Shown: in pieces, positions 1 through 8,111 of the stretch
Layout: every line of letters starts with the position of its first letter
How positions within the stretch are numbered: the first letter of the stretch is position 1
Assembly (NCBI GenBank): GCA_947585115.1
Contig: CANPWW010000002.1
Location: forward strand, 9,875 to 73,874
Reading direction: 5' to 3'
Source of the DNA: an uncultured Monoglobus sp.
GTDB taxonomy: Bacteria; Bacillota; Clostridia; Monoglobales; Monoglobaceae
Length of the DNA: 64,000 nucleotides
Translations under genes and position numbers: made by a program
The notes under the pieces: generated by a model
What the model was told of the DNA's origin: nothing
Database searches by the model: none
What the model saw: the letters and a program-made list of their open reading frames with translations, nothing else

Positions 1-1425
1 GGGATGTGACGTTGAACCGCATACCGGACACGGCTCTCCGTCTTTCAAATCTTCGGCTAAGATCCCTGCCTGCTCTTTTAAATACGCTTTGTTCATCTTG
101 TCCGAAATATCCTTGAGCGCATTGGTTTCAGCGGCTGTTTTTTCTTTTTTTGCCCACGCTTCGTTCAGCCTGTTTCGGTGTTTTTTTAATTCATCCATTC
201 TTTGCGCGAGCTCTTTCAAACGCTTTTCGCGCGTCTCGGTTTTTTTAAGTTCCGCCGTCAGCTTTTCGCGCCGCTCTCCCGCGCCCGAAAGCTTTTCCCT
301 CTCAAGTTTAAGTCCGCCTAAAGCTTCGGTTATCTCATTTATTTTGATTTTAAGCGCGTCGGCTTTTTGATTTTCATTCGCCGCCTCGCTTTGTTTTGCT
401 TTTAAAACTTCCGATATTTTGTCGGACTCGTCGTAATCGGGCAGGGCGCTCTCAAGCACCGCGGCCTCCGACTCGAGCTTGGCGCGCTCGGGCTGTTTAG
501 CGCGCTCGGCGTCCAGATTGTTTTTAAGCAGCGCGAGCTCGGGCTCGGCCTCTTTGAGCTTCGTTTCCGCGTCGGCAAGCGCCCTGCGCGCCGCCTCGGT
601 CTCCTCCGCCTTTCCGATTCGGCGGTTCATATCCTCGAGTTTCTTAGCGAGCCGCTCTGTCTCGCTCGCCAGGTTTTCGCTTTTCGCCTCGTCCGATTCG
701 ATTATCTCTCCGAGCGCCTCGACGGCCGCGTCGGCTCTGATATATTCCGCGCCGAAAATCTCGCCGTATTTCTCACCATCAAAAACCGCCGAATCGGCGC
801 AGCGCCTGATCTCGCCGCTCAGCCTTTCGCAATCTGAAAGAGCGGCCGAGGCCGCGTTTTTGAGTTCGTTCTGCAAATCGCTGAAATGCTCGGTTTTGAA
901 TATATCACGGAATATTATCTGACGCTCCGAAGTGGGCGCCAGCAGCAGCTTTAAAAAATCGCCCTGCGCTATCATCGCGATCTTTGAAAACTGCTCTTGG
1001 TCGAGCCCGATTATGTTCCGTATCTCGTCTGAAACCTCTTTGTTTTTGGTAATTATCCTGTCGTCGGGCAGAATAAGCTCGACCTCCGCCCGCTGCGTCG
1101 CGGTGCCGCCTCCGCGCTTTGCCTGCCGCGTGTATTCGGGGTTCCTTTTCACGGTATACACTTTTCCGCCGTACTCAAACACAAGCTTCACATAGGTCGG
1201 AGTGTCGGGCCCGGCGTATTTTGAGCGCATCATCGACGGGTCGCGGTTCTCACCGCTGGCCGCGCCGTACAGCGCGTAGGTTATCGCGTCAAAAATCGTA
1301 GTCTTGCCCGCGCCCGTGTCGCCTGTTATCAGATACAGGCCGCGCTCGCCCAGCGCCTCCATGTCTATCTCGGTCTTTTCGGCGTACGGGCCGAATGCCG
1401 AAACGGTCAGTTTAAGAGGTCTCAT
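1..1425 (-). CDS. sbcC: SbcC SMC-family exonuclease subunit (N-terminal part; runs off window start)
   Basis: Manual translation from ATG at 1425: MRPLKLTVSAFGPYAEKTEID...LYLITGDTGAGKTTIFDA (Walker A), followed by coiled-coil sequence; ATGA overlap with the sbcD stop. Confidence 0.93.
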   Translation of the reverse strand, partial: MRPLKLTVSAFGPYAEKTEIDMEALGERGLYLITGDTGAGKTTIFDAITYALYGAASGENRDPSMMRSKYAGPDTPTYVKLVFEYGGKVYTVKRNPEYTRQAKRGGGTATQRAEVELILPDDRIITKNKEVSDEIRNIIGLDQEQFSKIAMIAQGDFLKLLLAPTSERQIIFRDIFKTEHFSDLQNELKNAASAALSDCERLSGEIRRCADSAVFDGEKYGEIFGAEYIRADAAVEALGEIIESDEAKSENLASETERLAKKLEDMNRRIGKAEETEAARRALADAETKLKEAEPELALLKNNLDAERAKQPERAKLESEAAVLESALPDYDESDKISEVLKAKQSEAANENQKADALKIKINEITEALGGLKLEREKLSGAGERREKLTAELKKTETREKRLKELAQRMDELKKHRNRLNEAWAKKEKTAAETNALKDISDKMNKAYLKEQAGILAEDLKDGEPCPVCGSTSHP

Positions 1426-2558
1426 CGCTCACCCTCCCATATCTTCTCTATCATGCCGCCGAGGATATCCTTCTGCTCGTCGGTCATTTCTTTGTTGTTC
1501 TGCTTTTTGAAAAGCTCTGCGAACAGCTCCGCGGGCGTCCTCAGCTCGGTTTCCGCCGCTCTAAGCTCCGCGGCTCCCGCTCGGGAGCGTGAATTGTCGT
1601 AGTCCAGCCGCATTATATTGGGGTAAACCGTCCTAAGTCTCGACACCGCGTTCGGTATGTCCCTCTCGTCGGTGAGCGTGATCCTGAGGTAGTCGTCCTT
1701 TCGGGTGCCCTCATAAAACGCCTTAGACATCAGCTCATCGTATTTGCCCTTTATGCTTCGCATATCGTGTATCGGAACGATTGGCACCGTTTTGATCTTC
1801 ACGACGCCCTTTTCTCTAAGCTCGACTATCGTCACGGACTTTTTGTGGTTCTCCTCGGAAAACGAGTATTTAAGCGGCGTTCCGCAGTATCTGATCGTCT
1901 CTCTGCCTATATGCTGCGGGCCGTGGATATGACCGAGGGCCACATAGTCAAAAGGCTCGAAAACCGACGCGTCAACATTGTCGCTGCCGCCCACCGAAAT
2001 TTCCTCGGAATCGCAGGTCCCTGCGCCGGTGACGAACTGATGAGTTATCAGCACGCTGCGGCGGTCGGGCCTCACTTTCATAGCCTCCACCGCGCATCGA
2101 ACCGCGTCGGTATACGTGCTTATGTCCGCCTCATCAAAAACCGCGCGCACATGCGACGGCTTTATAAAAGGCAGCATGAAAAAATCCACCTCGCCGTATT
2201 CGTCGCGCAGGATATGAGGCTCGGTTTTTCCGTCATACACGGGCGACATATGCACGCCGCCGCGCTCCATTATCCTGCCGCCGAAGGCTATGCGCTCCGC
2301 CGAATCATGGTTACCGCTGATAACAAAAATGTGGGCGCAGATATCCGACAGGCCGCAGATCAGCCTGTCGAAAAGGCGCACCGCCTCGGCCGAGGGCTGT
2401 GACTTGTCGTACACGTCGCCGGCGATTATCACCGCGTCGGGTTCTTCTTCACGGGTTATTTTTATAATTTGCTCTATCGCGTTTTCCTGCTCTGGTATCA
2501 TCGAGAACTCGTTTACCCGCTTGCCCAGATGCAGGTCGGACAGATGAATGATTTTCAT
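1422..2558 (-). CDS. sbcD: SbcD exonuclease subunit (Mre11-like metallophosphoesterase)
   Basis: DLHLG, GDVYD, SGNHD, ALGHIH motifs; start moved to MKIIHLSD (ATG 2558, GGAG upstream). Confidence 0.95.
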   Translation of the reverse strand: MKIIHLSDLHLGKRVNEFSMIPEQENAIEQIIKITREEEPDAVIIAGDVYDKSQPSAEAVRLFDRLICGLSDICAHIFVISGNHDSAERIAFGGRIMERGGVHMSPVYDGKTEPHILRDEYGEVDFFMLPFIKPSHVRAVFDEADISTYTDAVRCAVEAMKVRPDRRSVLITHQFVTGAGTCDSEEISVGGSDNVDASVFEPFDYVALGHIHGPQHIGRETIRYCGTPLKYSFSEENHKKSVTIVELREKGVVKIKTVPIVPIHDMRSIKGKYDELMSKAFYEGTRKDDYLRITLTDERDIPNAVSRLRTVYPNIMRLDYDNSRSRAGAAELRAAETELRTPAELFAELFKKQNNKEMTDEQKDILGGMIEKIWEGER

Positions 2559-2571
2559 ATGATCAGCTCCG

Positions 2572-2862
2572 TCAGTCAAGCACTATCTGCTTGTGGTCTT
2601 TTGATTCTTTGTACAGCACGAATTTATTGCCTATGACCTGCACCACGTCCGCGCCGGTGGCTTCTGTAAGTTCAACCGCCGCCTCACGCGCGGTCATGAA
2701 CGCGCTGTCGAGAACGTGGAATTTTATCAGCTCTCTCGCCTCAAGAGCGTCGAGAGTCTGTTTTACCACGTTTTCGTTTATGCCGTCTTTTCCTATTTGG
2801 TACAAGGCGGGAACGCGGTTGGCAAGCCCGCGCAGATACGCCCGCTGTTTTGTTGTTATCAT
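2572..2862 (-). CDS. yhbY: YhbY/CRM-domain RNA-binding protein
   Basis: KQRAYLRGLA...QIGKDG...RELIK...QVIG pattern, 96 aa. Confidence 0.92.
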   Translation of the reverse strand: MITTKQRAYLRGLANRVPALYQIGKDGINENVVKQTLDALEARELIKFHVLDSAFMTAREAAVELTEATGADVVQVIGNKFVLYKESKDHKQIVLD

Positions 2863-3662
2863 TAAATCTCTCCTTTATCTGTCATTTTTATCAAAATCTT
2901 TGTCATTATCTCGTACACCTCTTTGGCGAGCGGGGCGCTTGACAGGCAGTCAAGGTGGCGCTTGACCGTGCCGAAGTCGCCGCGCGCCACCGGGCCCGTC
3001 AGCGCCGCTTTGGGGCCTTTTTCGGCTATGTTCCGCGCGTTGTTTATTATCAGCGGCGACAGCGCGGCGAGAGCCTCGCCGTCCGAAAATCCGCAGTCGC
3101 CCAACAGTCCGCAGGCGATATCCGAAAGTCCCACCGCGAAATTGCTGGCGAACACCGCCGCCGCGTGGTAGAGCGCCTTGTTCTTGGGCTTGATTATCTT
3201 GTATTTATTTCCGCAGACATCGAGCAGAGCCGCCGCCTTTTCGCAGTCTCCCTCAAGAGTGAAAAAAGCGTCCGAAAAATCGCAGCTCCGATCGCTCACC
3301 GCCAGCAGCATGTGAGCGCTCGCGGTCTCCGCTCCGCGCTCTTTCAGCGCCCTCAGGACTTCGCTTGAAAGCGCGCCCGAGGTGTGGCAGAATGTTTTGC
3401 CGCCGAGACTCAGATCAAGCGCGGCGATATTCTCCGCAACATCCTCTATTGCCCCGTCGGCGACCGTGACAAAAATCATGTCGCAGTCCGCGATAAGGGC
3501 GCCCATGCTCTCATAGGCGCGGCTGCCCGTGTATTCGGCCGCCTCCTCCGCGTGCGCTCTCGTCCGCGAGTGATAGCCGGCGAGGTCCGCGCCGCGGGAT
3601 TTAATATAACTACCGAAAGCGGTGCCGACTTTGCCGGCACCGATAAATCCTGTCTTATTCAT
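2862..3662 (-). CDS. Rossmann-like + DUF2520 oxidoreductase (PanG-like putative ketopantoate reductase)
   Basis: GFIGAGKVG Rossmann motif, HTSGA, YHAAAVFASN, ALTGPVARGD; start MNKTGF at 3662. Confidence 0.8.
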   Translation of the reverse strand: MNKTGFIGAGKVGTAFGSYIKSRGADLAGYHSRTRAHAEEAAEYTGSRAYESMGALIADCDMIFVTVADGAIEDVAENIAALDLSLGGKTFCHTSGALSSEVLRALKERGAETASAHMLLAVSDRSCDFSDAFFTLEGDCEKAAALLDVCGNKYKIIKPKNKALYHAAAVFASNFAVGLSDIACGLLGDCGFSDGEALAALSPLIINNARNIAEKGPKAALTGPVARGDFGTVKRHLDCLSSAPLAKEVYEIMTKILIKMTDKGEI

Positions 3663-5586
3663 CTCTGAAATGTCTCCTGATGCAGCGGAACTCGTCAAAA
3701 GCGGCGTATATGGGCTCGTCCTTTCCGCTGTAGGCGTACATGCCTACCATAGCGCCCGTGAAGCGCTTGCCCTTTTTGATCGCCTGGGCGCAGAGGTAGT
3801 AAATATTGTCCGCCGTGTATACTTTTCTGTAATTCGTTCCGTCTATGCTGTATGAGAACACGCGGCGCAGGCCGTCGGTCTCGATCTTTAAATATATAGT
3901 GTCTGTGAGGCCCGGCAGACCCACATAGTGGGTGAACCGCTCCACATCGTCTATCTTCTCGAACAGCTTGAGCGCGTAGCCCCTCTCGCCGTTTCTGTAA
4001 ATTCCGAAGGTAAAGTAGGTCAGCTCGTCGTAGTATCCGGTCAGGCCGTAGTTCTGCTCATAGTCAAGGTCGGGCAGGACGTCCATCTTGCAGATCACGT
4101 CGAAGTTAAAGTCGGGCTGGCGGCGCACAATAAAGTTGACCGCTTTTCTGGAGCTGAGCGGCTCCCTTGAGCCCTTTATGTACAGTCTGCTGTTCTCCAG
4201 TCTGAATCCGTCCTCCTCGGGGATTCCCGAGAACATCCAGAACGGCTTTATCTTTCCGTCGTCAAAGCTGTCGTAGCTGGCTCCGGGCTCGTTGGGCGCG
4301 GGCTTCAGCTTGGGCTTTTTCTGGAGAGTGCTGGGGCCGTTCAGATTATTCACGATCGGCCAGCCGTCGGGCGTCCATGTGATCGGGTCGAGGCACGTCT
4401 CGCGGCCGAGCATGGCGTATTTTCCGTCAAGACTCCTGTTGCAGAGGTACACCACGTACCAGTCGCCGTCTTGAGTCTGAACCGGCTTGGCGTGGCCCGC
4501 GCAGGTGATAGGCGCGGTGTAGTCGCGCTGCGTCAGTATCGGGTTGTAGGGGCAGGGCTCGTACACTCCCATCAGAGTCTTGCTGCGCGACACGGTCACG
4601 CAGTGCTGCTCCCCTGTGCCGCCCTCGGCCTGGAACAGATAGTAGTATCCGTCCTTGTGTATCAGATGCGGGCCCTCGGGGGCGCGCTTGTTGTCGCCGT
4701 AGTACAAAAGCTTCGCCTCGGAGATCTTTTCGGTGGCGTCCTCGTTGAGCTCAAAAATTCTTGCGCCGCGGTTCAGCAGCATGTAGCGTCTGCCGTCCAC
4801 ATCGGTGAACAGCGACGGGTCGATACCGTCCTCGTCGATAAACACGGGCTCGGAATACGGGCCCTCGGGCTTTTCGGACGACACGATTATCTGTCTGCGC
4901 TTCACTTTCTCGCTGTCGTTGTAGCGCAGAGTGGCCGTTATGTAAAACTTCCCGTTGTGGTACGATATATCGGGCGCCCAGTAGCCTCTGCCGCCTTCGA
5001 GACCGTCAAGGTGCGCCCACTCGGGGTTGGTTATGGCGTGGCCTATGCTCTGCCAATGCACCAGATCGGTCGAGTGTGAGATCGGTATGCAGGGGAAGAA
5101 CACGAACGATGAGTTCACCATATAGTAGTCCTCGCCCACGCGCACTATCGAGGGGTCGGCGTAGAATCCGCGGCGCACGGGGTTTTGGTACATATCCTCG
5201 AATTTGCAGCCGACCACCTGTTCAAAATATTTTTCTATATCGGCAAAGCCGTGCTCTCTTGCCAGCTCAAAAGGCGTTATCAGATGTCTGTCGCCCTGGC
5301 AGGGGTCAAGGCCCACGCGCTCCACAAAGTATTTGACTATTTCAAGATCGCCTGTCATGACCGCCTCGTGCAGCGCGCCGCGATGCCTGAAATCGCACTC
5401 GTTGAAGCTGGCGAAGGTGTATTCGACCAAAAACTTTACCCACTTCATATCGCCGGTCCTTATCATGTGGAACGCCGCGGATATACCGTTTTCGTCGCAC
5501 TCATCCACAAGTCTGGCGCTGTGGGAGAGCATCTCCTTGACGCCGTCCATATCCTGCCGTTTTATCAGGTCAATAAATTCACTCAT
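3655..5586 (-). CDS. Ankyrin-repeat + GH43 glycoside hydrolase (beta-xylosidase/arabinofuranosidase-like) with C-terminal beta-sandwich
   Basis: N-terminal ankyrin repeats (ALHEAVMTGDLEIVKYFVE); GH43 catalytic motifs ADPS, IDPS, PEGPH; no signal peptide. Confidence 0.9.
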   Translation of the reverse strand: MSEFIDLIKRQDMDGVKEMLSHSARLVDECDENGISAAFHMIRTGDMKWVKFLVEYTFASFNECDFRHRGALHEAVMTGDLEIVKYFVERVGLDPCQGDRHLITPFELAREHGFADIEKYFEQVVGCKFEDMYQNPVRRGFYADPSIVRVGEDYYMVNSSFVFFPCIPISHSTDLVHWQSIGHAITNPEWAHLDGLEGGRGYWAPDISYHNGKFYITATLRYNDSEKVKRRQIIVSSEKPEGPYSEPVFIDEDGIDPSLFTDVDGRRYMLLNRGARIFELNEDATEKISEAKLLYYGDNKRAPEGPHLIHKDGYYYLFQAEGGTGEQHCVTVSRSKTLMGVYEPCPYNPILTQRDYTAPITCAGHAKPVQTQDGDWYVVYLCNRSLDGKYAMLGRETCLDPITWTPDGWPIVNNLNGPSTLQKKPKLKPAPNEPGASYDSFDDGKIKPFWMFSGIPEEDGFRLENSRLYIKGSREPLSSRKAVNFIVRRQPDFNFDVICKMDVLPDLDYEQNYGLTGYYDELTYFTFGIYRNGERGYALKLFEKIDDVERFTHYVGLPGLTDTIYLKIETDGLRRVFSYSIDGTNYRKVYTADNIYYLCAQAIKKGKRFTGAMVGMYAYSGKDEPIYAAFDEFRCIRRHFRDE

Positions 5587-5784
5587 GTTCGCACCTCAAT
5601 GCTATAGTTTCTGAATATACATAAAGTATTTTAACAGGCATTAACATGAAATGCAATAGCTAAATTGTATATATTTTCACAAAATGAGCGTTGGATTTTT
5701 AACAATAAATATTTTTAGTTTAATTTGAGGTATACATAAAATAATAACCGGTTGCGCAATTTATATATGATTTACATAAATCTC

Positions 5785-5813
5785 TTGACAAAAGCGCAAT
5801 AATGATATATAAT
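5785..5813 (+). promoter_or_regulatory. Consensus sigma70/sigmaA promoter for candidate antisense RNA 1
   Basis: TTGACA (5785-5790), 17-nt spacer, TATAAT (5808-5813). Confidence 0.85.
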
Positions 5814-5819
5814 AATCAT

Positions 5820-5918
5820 AGAAAGAGAAACGGCAGAGCGTAAAAACGGTCAGCCGCTTCGGGAAGTATATAAAACAACTGCCTTTAGCTGCTAAACTTT
5901 AAAGGCGGTTGTGTTTTT
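5820..5918 (+). ncRNA. Candidate antisense/antitoxin sRNA 1 (~100 nt)
   Basis: Perfect promoter upstream, terminator hairpin plus T-run at the 3' end, no ORF; 27 nt at the 5' end are identical to the paralog at 44461-44487 (minus strand). Confidence 0.7.
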
Positions 5919-5919
5919 T
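5875..5919 (+). terminator. Intrinsic terminator of sRNA 1
   Basis: acaactgccttta...taaaggcggttgt hairpin followed by gtttttt. Confidence 0.75.
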
Positions 5920-6001
5920 ATTGCACAGATGGTGAAAATACTGTAAGTATCACAGCAATTACCATAAGAGCAAAAGCTATTTTGAAAAAAACTTTTTTCA
6001 T
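5918..6001 (-). CDS. 27-aa hydrophobic peptide MKKVFFKIAFALMVIAVILTVFSPSVQ (type I toxin-like)
   Basis: Manual translation; SD AAGGAGTG 7 nt upstream; single TM-like helix; same-length paralog at 44306-44389. Confidence 0.75.
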   Translation of the reverse strand: MKKVFFKIAFALMVIAVILTVFSPSVQ

Positions 6002-6177
6002 ATGCTATCACTCCTTTCTTTGTGTCTTAAACACGATGTTAAGTGTTTAGAAAGGAATGAAGCGACCAACCGTCTCTACGTTTCTATCTCTGCCTTTTAC
6101 GATTGCGCGTTTTATTCGCGCAAAGGTGTTTCTCCGCGCGAAACAGATCCGCACTTGCAGTTTTTGCTGCCACATAT

Positions 6178-6206
6178 ATAATAACATACTATGACAATTT
6201 TTTCAA
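6178..6206 (-). promoter_or_regulatory. Promoter of peptide mRNA 1
   Basis: TTGAAA-N17-TATTAT with TG extension; near-identical to 44111-44139. Confidence 0.7.
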
Positions 6207-6227
6207 GTAACAAATCGGTTACAGTTC

Positions 6228-6260
6228 AAAAGGCGCGCTGTATATATCGGCGCGCCTTTG
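6228..6260 (-). terminator. Terminator downstream of serpin
   Basis: aaaggcgcgc/gcgcgccttt inverted repeat with T-run on the minus strand. Confidence 0.65.
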
Positions 6261-6270
6261 ATTTAGAAGA

Positions 6271-8010
6271 TTACAGCTTACATATCCTGCCCATAAATAG
6301 GATCTCGCCGGATTTGCAGTCGCGTATTATGAATGTGAACGGGCGGTCAACGTTAAACTCTATCGGCTCGCTCGGATCAGGAGCCGCGGCTCCCGGAGCG
6401 GCCAAGACCGCCGTCGCCGCGGCGGCTTCGGAGCCTTCCTCATCAACGCTGATATATGTCTTGTGCAGCACTTTGTCGATATAAACGGAATACCCGTCGG
6501 GAACGCCCTCGATCATTTTTCCGAAATCCGCCCTGTTTTGATCAAACGCGGAGGCTATTCCCATGTCATTCAGATAATCCTTGAGCTCTTTTGAGGTCTC
6601 GACCTTGAATTTAGGCATTTTGAGCTTTACGCGGTTAAATTCGATCTTGTCAAAATATCGGTCATAATCAATATCTCCGCCGTCGTCAAGGCTTATGTAC
6701 ATTGAGGCGCCGCCACAGTACGGCAGCATTATCATGCTCAGTTTATCATCGCTGTAAACGCCGAAACTTTCGGTTTGACGCATAAAATCGACCGAGGACT
6801 CCGTGCCGTCAAAATTTTTGAAAATATCCTTCTTGGTAGAATCTTCGTTAAACTCGTCTACCCACGAGCCTTTAAAATACACCGCGTTCACCAGAGCCGC
6901 CAAAAAATCACCGTCGTCTGTTATCGTCGGGATCTTGCCGTTTGTCTTTTCGCTTGTCCACTCGTTGACGCGCCGCGCCGCGTCGCTGCCTCCGACGATC
7001 TCGCTCGTTCCGCTATAAAAATCGTTGATCGCTTTTTCAAACTCCGAGCCGAATTTCATTTTCGCGCCCGGAAAATAATCGCGGTTGAGCCAGATCGAAT
7101 TCGCGATGCTCAATTGAGCGGAGTCGATTTCGGAATAACGCTTTATCAGCTCCTTGACGCTCTTGTTATACTCGCCGAGATCATTTACTCCCAAAGCGGT
7201 GAGAATCTCCTTTTCGGTCTCGCCTTCCGCGCCGTTTGCGGCCATGGCCATGGCGATCTTTACGGACATCGGCGAAAACATATAATTTTCGCTCTTATCA
7301 AATCTCGAGTTCAGCTTATAGGCAAACGCGTTTTCGCTCTCGGACTCCGGCGTCGCCGTCGGCGCTCCGCTGCGCGAGATCAAGCTCTCCAAAAACGTGC
7401 CGCCGTCTTTTTTGCGCGTGTAAAGCAGGTTGCAGGCCATGACCGCGGCGTCTCCGCGCGTGATCTTGTCGCCGGGATCCGCCTTGACGCTCTCAGCCGC
7501 GGCGGTAAGCCGCTCATCGGGATCCGGCCTGAATTTGGCGGTTATTCCTATCCGTTCCGCCTCACTTATATAACCTTCGGGATAATTCAGCTGCGCAGCG
7601 GTTCCGGCGCTCTCGTACCAATAAAAGCGCGTGAGAGCGGTGACAAACTCGCCGTAGGTCACAAGCTCGGCGGGTCTGAACGTCCCGTCGGGATATCCGC
7701 TGACTATGCCTCGCTCGCATAACGCGCCCGCCGCGCCCTCGGCGTAGCTGCCCGCAAGATCGGAGAACACATTTCCGTCACCGTCGGGGTACGCGCCCAT
7801 GCGCGCGATAACCGCGGCTGTCTCGGCGCGGGTTATGCGCTCATCCTCTCTGAATGCGCCGTCGGGATCGCCGTTCATGACCGAGATGGATCTAAGCTCC
7901 GACACGGAAGCTCCGACTCTGTCACCGTCGTAGAGAGGCGCCGCAGCGGTGGGCAGCGCTGTCAGCGCGAGAGCAGCCGACGCGCACAGCGCCAATAATC
8001 TTTTTTTCAT
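6271..8010 (-). CDS. Secreted SLH-domain serpin
   Basis: Signal peptide MKKRLLALC (start 8010, AAGGAAAGG SD); SLH repeats (GDPDGAFREDERITRAE; GYPDGTFRP); serpin motifs FSPMS, NAVYFKGSW, EEGSEAAAAT hinge, VDRPFTF. Confidence 0.92.
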   Translation of the reverse strand: MKKRLLALCASAALALTALPTAAAPLYDGDRVGASVSELRSISVMNGDPDGAFREDERITRAETAAVIARMGAYPDGDGNVFSDLAGSYAEGAAGALCERGIVSGYPDGTFRPAELVTYGEFVTALTRFYWYESAGTAAQLNYPEGYISEAERIGITAKFRPDPDERLTAAAESVKADPGDKITRGDAAVMACNLLYTRKKDGGTFLESLISRSGAPTATPESESENAFAYKLNSRFDKSENYMFSPMSVKIAMAMAANGAEGETEKEILTALGVNDLGEYNKSVKELIKRYSEIDSAQLSIANSIWLNRDYFPGAKMKFGSEFEKAINDFYSGTSEIVGGSDAARRVNEWTSEKTNGKIPTITDDGDFLAALVNAVYFKGSWVDEFNEDSTKKDIFKNFDGTESSVDFMRQTESFGVYSDDKLSMIMLPYCGGASMYISLDDGGDIDYDRYFDKIEFNRVKLKMPKFKVETSKELKDYLNDMGIASAFDQNRADFGKMIEGVPDGYSVYIDKVLHKTYISVDEEGSEAAAATAVLAAPGAAAPDPSEPIEFNVDRPFTFIIRDCKSGEILFMGRICKL

Positions 8011-8111
8011 AACACTCACCTTTCCTTTGATCTGAAAATATATTAAAAACTTCACCTTACTTTATTAGACGACAAAAAGTAAAATAAAGTTCCCGTTTTT
8101 TGTAAAATAAT

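Noticed and set aside
5665-5682. Rex-like box TTGTATATATTTTCACAA upstream of GH43 (and TTGTAAAATAATTACAA near 41756)
   Set aside because: Only one arm is perfect or the spacing is off by one, in very AT-rich DNA; not distinguishable from chance
5918-6001. Peptides as AgrD or RRNPP/Rgg pheromones
   Set aside because: No Cys ring motif and no adjacent AgrB, Rgg or TPR regulator; kept only as a secondary hypothesis
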